Below, one piece after another: positions 27,401 through 34,189 of a stretch of DNA of 64,000 nt. Positions within the stretch are counted from its first letter, which is position 1; each line of letters opens with the position of its first letter. The notes under the pieces are model-generated. The model was not told where the DNA came from, searched no databases, and was given only the letters and a program-made list of their open reading frames with translations. Location of the stretch: the NCBI GenBank assembly GCA_016180435.1, contig JACPBG010000001.1, positions 283,107 through 347,106 of the forward strand. Direction: 5' to 3'. The position numbers were made by a program, and so were the translations under genes. The DNA comes from Candidatus Sungiibacteriota bacterium (GTDB taxonomy: Bacteria; Patescibacteriota; Minisyncoccia; Sungbacterales; HO2-52-23).

Positions 27401-28049
27401 GGCGTTCCACCGTGATTGATTTCACAGTTACGTCTCCATCGGCTGATGCCGTAAATACGGCCTTTACCATAGGAAGACGCGAGGCGTTTTCAACTGCAAG
27501 CGTTGCCGCCGGCTGATCGGTTGAGGAAACCGTAAGACCGGTTCCGGCCGGAACAACTACCGGACCAGGAGTTACCGGACCGGGTGTTACCGGACCGGGT
27601 GTTACCGGACCGGGTGTTACCGGAACAGGCGCAACCGCTAGCATTGAATTATACTTTGCGCGTGAAATTGCTCCGAAATATCCGGCTGCCGGAGATACTC
27701 CGTTAGCCGCCTGCCAGGCGGATACCGCCGATTGGGTGATTGAACCGAAATATCCGGTTGCACCGCCGGAATAAGTGAAGTGGCCGGTGGATGTCAAATA
27801 ATTCTGTAAGCATGTTACATCATCTCCGCGCGCGCCCACAGTGAGATCACGCGAGAAACTGCATCCACTCGCTGGCGCGGATGGACCGCCCTGAAGGGCT
27901 AAAATCTGGGCTTGAAGAGCCGCGATTTGCGCAAGCAACTGTTGGATAACCGAATCGGTTGTTTGAGCCGAAGTTACCGGGGCAAATACTGCCGCTCCTA
28001 TAATGGCGATTGCCGTAGCAATGCTCGCCACTTTAAGTTTTATGTTCAT
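24480..28049 (-). CDS. giant (1189 aa) secreted surface protein with N-terminal coiled coil, PG_binding_1 domain and PVTPG repeats
   Basis: Signal peptide MNIKLKVASIATAIAIIGAAVFA; QQLLAQIAALQAQILALQGG; DDVTCLQNYLTSTGHFTYSGGATGYFGSITQSAVSAWQ (PGBD); PVTPGPVTPGPVTPGPVTPGPV; then ~950 aa of beta-rich sequence. Confidence 0.65.
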   Translation of the reverse strand: MNIKLKVASIATAIAIIGAAVFAPVTSAQTTDSVIQQLLAQIAALQAQILALQGGPSAPASGCSFSRDLTVGARGDDVTCLQNYLTSTGHFTYSGGATGYFGSITQSAVSAWQAANGVSPAAGYFGAISRAKYNSMLAVAPVPVTPGPVTPGPVTPGPVTPGPVVVPAGTGLTVSSTDQPAATLAVENASRLPMVKAVFTASADGDVTVKSITVERQGLADDSAFLDLVLLDENGNQVGLAKTLNSLHRALLNEPFVVKAGTSRTMTVGANMDTTGNLGGEAGQVAKFAVVSVDAGSSAVNGSFPIVGNGMTINGTLAIGSLASPSRGTLDPGSARTNLEIGTMAFISSGVKWSVGSAEPVILERMRWYQSGSAGSGDLANVKVSVKGVDYETTLSSDGKYYTAVFGSGVEYDKGATMDISIKADIVSGSGRNVDFDIQRRTDMVARGKTFGYYITPANGSSDPTDDTGAFSNTEPYYDAYQHDIQKGSLRVEKSNAVSAGNVALDVSNTELGAFTLESKGEAVQISSYKVTFTLSAGEDGTQIDSLSIVDENGAVVAGPKDVLADETVTFTDSWTVPVGVHAYKLKGKLTTDFEDGDTVVAAVTPGSHITAKGETTGLTITATPSTAVSANTMTVRAASLRLAMGTNPVAQTVVSGINGFLMGTLQYDGTNSGEDVRITSQKLDFAAGAGADLDNLNTCQIWDGSLALNTGGNVVGFSSHAYDADEADKSISFDTHLIVPKGTSKVVDIKCNISSVATTSTYNVGIADATNNTPTAVGKDTGVTVTATITAHSSGGPTMTVAANGTLSVALDVSSPTQERYAIAGKTDVLLSVLKFHADNEAIKLDRIALVLSSSTASSSDLMKVTLWDGATKVGEALFQGTNTRATSTLSSSFIVPKDGDKLLTIKGDMSTLGVNQPATRGHLVAVNHDGEAGATESDGIGQSSGVTINPAAGGNTAGGGVRLVKSYPTLERLAISSNTLANGEMTLYRFKVTADAAGDVGLSRLSFRVSSTTVATTTVFKLYAYSDSSFSTAAYATNPVHTGYSSATNVSAVGTSTWGGVGTHGAPSNSVVFFFNPALTTASAADESVESLNIPAGTSRYFQLLGTFASVTAGDNISVALLGDSAVANNTNLVSRETSDAVSGATGKFVWSPNTTTTSSVDNVDWLNGFQVSGLPGTEMTPQSFTK

Positions 28050-28237
28050 AGATTTTATTAATTATATTTGAAACCCATCCGTTCTTCCCTGCGTTGCAAA
28101 GAATGAAAGGAGGGCTTCGTGGCACAAGCGCTCATCTTTTTTTATCTTCGACGATTAGATAAATTGATGGGCGCTATTTTATTACCTGTTAATGCTGATA
28201 ATTTCTGTTGGAGTCAAGCCTAACCCGCGCTCCGCGC

Positions 28238-28460
<223 letters not shown>

Positions 28461-28516
28461 CTCCGTGCGAAGCACAGGACCGACCGGACTTTGAAGCTCC
28501 ATCGTGATTCAATTTA

Positions 28517-28577
28517 ATTACTGATTACTGGTAACCCCTCGACCCGACTCGGGGCAAGCTGGTTACTGGTAACTAAT
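28517..28577. repeat. intergenic copy of the TTACTGGTAAC repeat flanking the hairpin CCCCTCGACCCGACTCGGGG
   Basis: TTACTGATTACTGGTAA, then CCCCTCGACCCGACTCGGGG, then GCTGGTTACTGGTAACTAAT. A similar hairpin, CCCCTCGACTCCGCTCGGGG, lies in frame in pilD at 40363-40382. Confidence 0.55.
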
Positions 28578-28805
28578 CAATTGTCAAAGTTCTCTCCGCG
28601 TGCATCCAGGTTACAATCATTACAATCCGAATTTTGCCTGCGTAACGAGAATTAATCCATACTACACAATCAAAATTCAGATTGCAAGCGCTTTCAGTTT
28701 TCTTTGCTCAAAACAGCCAAAAAATGGCTTCCTTTCAGAACTTTTTAGTACATACAAACATGCTTATATTCTTATTATATATCCATTCAAACCCCATGCA
28801 AATTC

Positions 28806-29030
28806 ACTTATCCACATATGCATGATGCCAATCCGATGCGAATTTAATGCCAATCTGGCGAATTGCTAATATGTGATGCCAATCCAATGCGAATTTAATG
28901 CCAATTTAGCGAATTGCTAATATGTGATGCCAATCCGATGCGAATTTAATGCCAATCTGGCGAATTGCGAATAAATATTAAGTTCATTTGTAGATTAGCA
29001 TAAGATTTGTAGATTGGCATCATATATGCA
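28806..29030. repeat. GATGCCAAT-family composite element (52-nt unit x3 tandem + inverted arm)
   Basis: TGATGCCAATCCGATGCGAATTTAATGCCAATCTGGCGAATTGCTAATATG x3, then TTGTAGATTAGCATAAGATTTGTAGATTGGCATCAT. Confidence 0.65.
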
Positions 29031-29898
29031 GGGATTTCAGATATTTCCTGAATTCAGGGCCTATTTCCGGATGTTTTAGCCCGAAACTTACAACCGCGCG
29101 CATAAAACCGGACTTATCTCCGCAATCATAATATTCGCCTTTTACCTCATACCCGTAAAGCTTGCCGCCGTTTTTCACATATTTATCAACTGCATCCGTA
29201 ATATATATTTCTCCGTTCGGAGCAGGTTTGGTCTGGGCAAGATAGTTAAAAATCGGCGGGGTCAGAATATATTTTACGATGATCATTAAATCCGACGGAG
29301 CATGGGCAGGATCCGGTTTTTCAACCAAACCATTTATTCTCCAAGTGCGCGCAGCTATTTTTTTACCCTTGATAACCCCGTATTTATATACGTCTTTCTT
29401 GTCAATTCGCTTTAATGCCACAACCGGAGCGCGATATTTAGAAAACACGCGCATCAACTGGGACAAGGCGGGCGGCTTGGCATCAATAATGTCATCACCG
29501 GACATTACCGCAACCGGTTCATCTCCCAATAAAGGACATGCCTGTAAAATAGCATCTCCAATGCCCTTGGGCTCTTTTTGGCGCACAAACGCAAAAAAAG
29601 CCATAGATGAAATGCGTCGAATCGCCTTAGCAAGATCCGCCTTGCCTCGCGACTCAAGAAATGCTTCAAGTTCCGCGGCATAATCAAAATGGTCTTCAAT
29701 GGCGCGTTTAGCCCGTCCGGTAACGATTATAACTTCTTTAATACCGGATGCCACAGCTTCCTCCACCAGATATTGAATAACCGGCTTATCCACTATGGGA
29801 AGCATTTCTTTGGGCTGGGCTTTGGTTGCCGGCAAAAAACGAGTTCCGAAACCGCCCACCGGGATTATGACTTTTTGAATATTATTCACATAAAACAC
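29020..29898 (-). CDS. galU: UTP--glucose-1-phosphate uridylyltransferase
   Basis: KVIIPVGGFGTRFLPATKAQPKEMLPIVDKPVIQYLVEEAVASGI is the canonical GalU N-terminus. The start is probably GTG. Confidence 0.85.
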   Translation of the reverse strand: MFYVNNIQKVIIPVGGFGTRFLPATKAQPKEMLPIVDKPVIQYLVEEAVASGIKEVIIVTGRAKRAIEDHFDYAAELEAFLESRGKADLAKAIRRISSMAFFAFVRQKEPKGIGDAILQACPLLGDEPVAVMSGDDIIDAKPPALSQLMRVFSKYRAPVVALKRIDKKDVYKYGVIKGKKIAARTWRINGLVEKPDPAHAPSDLMIIVKYILTPPIFNYLAQTKPAPNGEIYITDAVDKYVKNGGKLYGYEVKGEYYDCGDKSGFMRAVVSFGLKHPEIGPEFRKYLKSLHI

Positions 29899-29990
29899 AC
29901 TAATCCACGAATTGATACACTAATCCACGAATCATAAATACTTTTTAGTTATTTGTGGATAGGTGTGCTCATTGGTGGATTCGTGTACAG
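29895..29990. repeat. CACACTAATCCACGAAT / GTGGATTCGTGTACA inverted-repeat element abutting the galU start
   Basis: Copies at 39770-39858 (before the 150-aa gene) and 46681-46778 (before pilB) share >85% identity. Confidence 0.65.
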
Positions 29991-30034
29991 AATCTTTTTC
30001 ATTATGTCCTATAAACATTTTATGTCCTATATGT

Positions 30035-30976
30035 CTATTGGACACTATTCAAGGAATACACAGTCCATCTTTTTTCTCCATCTTTTTTAAGTATATTCCT
30101 TCCGACCAAATCCTGCAGGTCTCGCTGAATGGTCTTGGAACTTATATTGGAGAATGCCGTATAAAAATCGCTTATTTTTGCCTGTGAAGACAATTTTAAA
30201 TGTTCAAGTATTTGTTTTTGCCTGTTGCTTATCACTTCTGAAATACCCACAAAACTTCCGGCAATTATTTTTTCCGCCTTTTTTATTTTTTTATCCTTAA
30301 CATCGGTCTCCGTAGCTGAAATCCCGTCCCGGGGAACAAATTCATCCCAAGTAGAAAGCGCTTCCGGACGGGTCATCGCTTCTTCACGGCGATTTGTATC
30401 CGACTGTTTCCCAGCCACGTTAGAGATGCGGAATGAATTTACGCCAGTAGGAGCACGCTTGATTGCGGAGTTATTTTCACTTGGTGTTTCGGCGCTGACT
30501 AAATCTCTAACGGGGTCAAAAAAATCAGCCAGAGACGCATATTCCCGTTCAAGCACCGTGATATTAATAGGCCTGACCAATTTCAATGAACGCGCTAATT
30601 CTAAATATCCCTTGATTGCCTCAATCTTGCCTAAAATCGCTATGGCATCGCCAATATGCGAGTCCCCTCCATAAACGTACTCGGTCGCCCCGCTGAAAAT
30701 TTCATTGGCCTTCTCACGCAAGGATTTGCGCAAAACTTCGTCCTTGGGGAAAAAATCCGTAACGCGATAAAGCGCCAAGGTCAAATCAAAAATCTTCCTT
30801 TGAGCCCCGTTAAAAGTCCGATCCGCTCGCGGATCAGCAGATGCCTCTGGCGTCTGATTTTTAACGGGGTGAATATCTGAAAAATTAGATGAGGATCGCA
30901 TTAACATTCTTTTCAGCATACAAAAAACAGGCGATCCGTCAACATTGACCCGATTAAAGATCTGTTTCGTATTCAA
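30035..30976 (-). CDS. putative transcriptional regulator with a C-terminal winged HTH
   Basis: The C-terminus ISSKTIQRDLQDLVGRNILKKDGEKRWTVYSL is HTH-like. The N-terminal region is helical (four-helix-bundle-like). Confidence 0.35.
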   Translation of the reverse strand: MNTKQIFNRVNVDGSPVFCMLKRMLMRSSSNFSDIHPVKNQTPEASADPRADRTFNGAQRKIFDLTLALYRVTDFFPKDEVLRKSLREKANEIFSGATEYVYGGDSHIGDAIAILGKIEAIKGYLELARSLKLVRPINITVLEREYASLADFFDPVRDLVSAETPSENNSAIKRAPTGVNSFRISNVAGKQSDTNRREEAMTRPEALSTWDEFVPRDGISATETDVKDKKIKKAEKIIAGSFVGISEVISNRQKQILEHLKLSSQAKISDFYTAFSNISSKTIQRDLQDLVGRNILKKDGEKRWTVYSLNSVQ

Positions 30977-31626
30977 TTCATGACACCCAACTCGCGTAAC
31001 GCATCCTGATACGCGCGGAGCGCATTTATAATTATTTCCTTGGTGTGTTCAGTTGTGGGATCATGGGCAATGGTATTACGCAGACGATGCGCGGACCAGA
31101 CACGGTCAAGCGACGGAAGAGTTGCCGGATCCAAAATTTTCAGGCGGTCTGCCATGGTCTCGCCCTGATAGCCCTTGTGCTGAAGCATATCATCCAAAAT
31201 AGCATCGGCGCGCAATATAGACATATTCCAATCCGAAGGGTTGGAGGAGTTGGCAAGCTCGCGTATCCGCTCCCAATTAGCCACAACTTCGCTATCCGGA
31301 GATACTACATGGATTTCCGGCGGCTTGGGTGGAGCAATAACCGGAGTCATATACAAATTGAAATACTTATAAAGTACAGTTACGGCAAAAGCTATCAGCA
31401 ATAAATCAAGAACTATGAATACAAGCATGGGATAAAACAGCGTATCTTTGAAATCCTGCGATCCGAGCCATTCCAGCAGATCATTATATCCTCCCAAAAA
31501 TTGATTGGCCGAAATCCCCAAAACCGCGGCGATAACCAGCGCCACCATGAATGCCAGCCCAATATCCATTGAGGTATTGGTTAATTTTTCATCTGTTTTA
31601 GGATTTGGATTGGTATGAAGAGGCAT
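30973..31626 (-). CDS. membrane-anchored protein with a C-terminal HEPN-like (Rx4H) domain
   Basis: Two TM helices, then a soluble domain containing RLRNTIAH (Rx4-6H). Confidence 0.3.
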   Translation of the reverse strand: MPLHTNPNPKTDEKLTNTSMDIGLAFMVALVIAAVLGISANQFLGGYNDLLEWLGSQDFKDTLFYPMLVFIVLDLLLIAFAVTVLYKYFNLYMTPVIAPPKPPEIHVVSPDSEVVANWERIRELANSSNPSDWNMSILRADAILDDMLQHKGYQGETMADRLKILDPATLPSLDRVWSAHRLRNTIAHDPTTEHTKEIIINALRAYQDALRELGVMN

Positions 31627-31722
31627 ATATATGATGCCAATCTACAAATCTTATGCTAATCTACAAATTGCGAATCGGCTTGCGCCGGTATGATGCTAAT
31701 CTATGAATGATATGCCAATCTA
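31627..31722. repeat. GATGCCAAT-family element abutting the start of the 217-aa membrane protein gene
   Basis: TGATGCCAATCTACAAATCTTATGCTAATCTACAAATTGCGAAT…. Confidence 0.6.
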
Positions 31723-33198
31723 CTATATTATTTCAGCTGCTTTAGCTATTCCCAGCAATTTCCCCTCCTCAAACCACTTGCCCGCCAATTGCAGTCCCAC
31801 CGGCAATTTCTTTCCTTCCCGCTCCACAAATCCGGCCGGAATGGAAATTGCAGGCACGCCGGCAAGATTCGCGGCCACGGTATAGATATCCGCCAAATAC
31901 ATCTGAAGAGGGTTATCGGCTTTTTCTCCGAAACAAAAAGCCGGAGTTGGAGCCGTGGGGCCTAAAATTACATCTGTGGCATTTAAAGCGTGTTCAAAAT
32001 CCTGCCGGATAAGCCGCCGTACTTTCTGGGCTTTAACGTAATACGCATCATAATATCCGGCTGAAAGCGTATAGGTGCCGAGCATAATACGGCGTTTAAC
32101 CTCCGCTCCGAACCCATAAGCGCGCGATTTAGCATATACTTCATACAAGCTGGTAGCTGATAGTTGGTAGCTGGTAGCTGCGCTAAGGCCGTATCGAATG
32201 CCGTCAAATCTGGCTAAATTGGCCGAGATCTCGGAAGGCACCACAATATAATAAGTAGGCAGGGCATATTCGGAGTGCGGCAGAGATATTTCTTTTATTA
32301 TAGCGCCGGATGACTCCATTTTTCCAATCACCGCTTCTATAACTTTTTTCACGTCCGCATCCAATCCCGCGCCAAAATACTCTTTTGGGATGCCGATCCG
32401 AACGCCTTTTAGGCGTTCGGGAATTTCCAATTTCCAATTTCCAATTTCCAAACTTTCTTTTTTAACTGCTGTTGAATCAAATTCATCTCCTCCCTTAATC
32501 GCATCAAATAAAATAGCGGCATCCTCTACCGACTTTGCCATGGGTCCGATCTGATCCAGAGAAGATGCCATAGCAATCAATCCATGGCGGCTGACAATGC
32601 CGTACGTGGGTTTTAAGCCGACAATTCCGCAAAAAGACGCGGGCTGGCGGATTGATCCTCCGGTATCCGACCCCAAGGCGGCTATACAAAGATTTCCGGC
32701 AACAGCCGAGGCAGATCCGCCCGAAGATCCGCCGGGAACGCGAGACAAATCATACGGATTTTTAGTTGATACATATGCGGAATTTTCTGTGGAGGATCCC
32801 ATAGCGAACTCGTCCAGATTGGTTTTTCCAAGAAAAATTGCGCCTTGTTTTTTTAATTTACGTATCACCGTTGCGTCATAACTTGCAATATAGTTCTCCA
32901 AAATTTTTGATCCGGCAGTGCATTTTTTACCTTCAATCAGGATATTGTCCTTAATCGCCAGAGGAATCCCGAATAGCGGTGGGAGTTTCATCCGCTCTTC
33001 ATGATTCACGACGCCAAGCATCTCATCTGCCTTTTTTGCCTCATCCAATGCATCGTCAAATACTTCAAGATAAGCATGCAATTCGCTATTTTTTTCTTTA
33101 ATCGCCTGAAGGAAATTCGAAACCAGCTCGGATACCGAAAACTTTTTCTGGCGCAACCCGCCTGAGGCATCTTTGATTGTAAGTTCATTCAACTTCAT
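31723..33198 (-). CDS. gatA: Asp/Glu-tRNA amidotransferase subunit A
   Basis: Amidase signature GGSSGGSASAVAGNLCIAALGSDTGGSIRQPASFCG. It starts MKLNELTIKD and is followed by gatC. Confidence 0.9.
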   Translation of the reverse strand: MKLNELTIKDASGGLRQKKFSVSELVSNFLQAIKEKNSELHAYLEVFDDALDEAKKADEMLGVVNHEERMKLPPLFGIPLAIKDNILIEGKKCTAGSKILENYIASYDATVIRKLKKQGAIFLGKTNLDEFAMGSSTENSAYVSTKNPYDLSRVPGGSSGGSASAVAGNLCIAALGSDTGGSIRQPASFCGIVGLKPTYGIVSRHGLIAMASSLDQIGPMAKSVEDAAILFDAIKGGDEFDSTAVKKESLEIGNWKLEIPERLKGVRIGIPKEYFGAGLDADVKKVIEAVIGKMESSGAIIKEISLPHSEYALPTYYIVVPSEISANLARFDGIRYGLSAATSYQLSATSLYEVYAKSRAYGFGAEVKRRIMLGTYTLSAGYYDAYYVKAQKVRRLIRQDFEHALNATDVILGPTAPTPAFCFGEKADNPLQMYLADIYTVAANLAGVPAISIPAGFVEREGKKLPVGLQLAGKWFEEGKLLGIAKAAEII

Positions 33199-33200
33199 TT

Positions 33201-33285
33201 CTTTACGAAATACGAATTTTTACGAATATACGAATCAACGTGAATTTACTATTCGTAAATTCGTACTGATTGGTATTCCGTAAAG
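33201..33285. repeat. TACGAAT-rich 85-nt element with terminal inverted repeats (copy 1), abutting the gatA start
   Basis: CTTTACGAAATAC … GTATTCCGTAAAG termini. About 95% identical to copy 2 at 48504-48588. Confidence 0.7.
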
Positions 33286-33286
33286 C

Positions 33287-33583
33287 CTATTCAAACACCG
33301 CCTTCACCCTTACATATCCCCTTTCTTTCTCCGGCGCCGCATCCAAAAGTGCGGCCTCTTTTCCTTGCAAATTTTTATCGCCTGGCTCATCCTCACGCAT
33401 AATGTTTTGTAATATCGTTCCGCCGGTCATGGGTTCTATATTGTCGGTATTCACTTCATTTAATTTTTCCACAAATCCCAAAATCGCCGAAAGTTCTTTT
33501 TCAAATTTTGTTTCTTCTTCAGGCGTTAATTCAATACGGGCCAAATGAGCGATATGTTTTACGTCTTTTCTGCTAATTGACAT
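33287..33583 (-). CDS. gatC: Asp/Glu-tRNA amidotransferase subunit C
   Basis: 98 aa. MSISRKDVKHIAHLARIELTPEE and ILGFVEKLNEVNTD follow the GatC pattern, and it sits upstream of gatA. Confidence 0.8.
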   Translation of the reverse strand: MSISRKDVKHIAHLARIELTPEEETKFEKELSAILGFVEKLNEVNTDNIEPMTGGTILQNIMREDEPGDKNLQGKEAALLDAAPEKERGYVRVKAVFE

Positions 33584-33652
33584 ACAAAAATTAATGAGAA
33601 GTAACCATCAATATAGAAACAAAGAGTATAACACAAACAATATTAGATGAAA

Positions 33653-33916
33653 TCAAATCCTTTTATAAATCTTATCATGGTGGGCAAAATCCACCAATAG
33701 AACTGATTCACCCGCAATTTCATATACCAACACAAAAGAACCGACGTGCACACGCCGGTTATTTTTTAAATTATACCGCAGGGGTTTACCGATTTCCGGA
33801 TTTTCTAAGACCTTTTCGATTGACTTCTTTACTCGCGTTAAAAGCGTCTGGTCTTGTTGCTTTAATTTCTTTAATGCCTGCCGCGCCTCCTGAGAAATCT
33901 CAAGTTTATAACGCAT
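33653..33916 (-). CDS. RelE/ParE-family type II toxin
   Basis: 87 aa ending HVGSFVLVYEIAGESVLLVDFAHHDKIY. Confidence 0.6.
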   Translation of the reverse strand: MRYKLEISQEARQALKKLKQQDQTLLTRVKKSIEKVLENPEIGKPLRYNLKNNRRVHVGSFVLVYEIAGESVLLVDFAHHDKIYKRI

Positions 33917-33944
33917 AACCTTTTGGTTGTTATTCTGAAACTCA

Positions 33945-34172
33945 CTAAAGATTTCTGAAAAAATTTTTTAATTCCTTTTTAGTATGAATCGAGGTAGTAC
34001 CCTTTCCACCGCGCATATTTCGGCGAATTCGATCAATTCGCTGTAAATAATCCATACGTATTTCCGGTTCTTCCTCCATCTTGTTTCCAATAATTGCATA
34101 AAAAAAATCCTCCAGCTTGGATTGCCGCTCTTTTAATTCATTAAGTTGCCGTTCAATAGTCGCGGTAGTCAT
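33945..34172 (-). CDS. putative cognate antitoxin
   Basis: 75-aa ORF immediately upstream of the RelE-like gene. Predicted helical N-terminus. Confidence 0.35.
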   Translation of the reverse strand: MTTATIERQLNELKERQSKLEDFFYAIIGNKMEEEPEIRMDYLQRIDRIRRNMRGGKGTTSIHTKKELKNFFRNL

Positions 34173-34189
34173 GTTTTAATGATACCATG

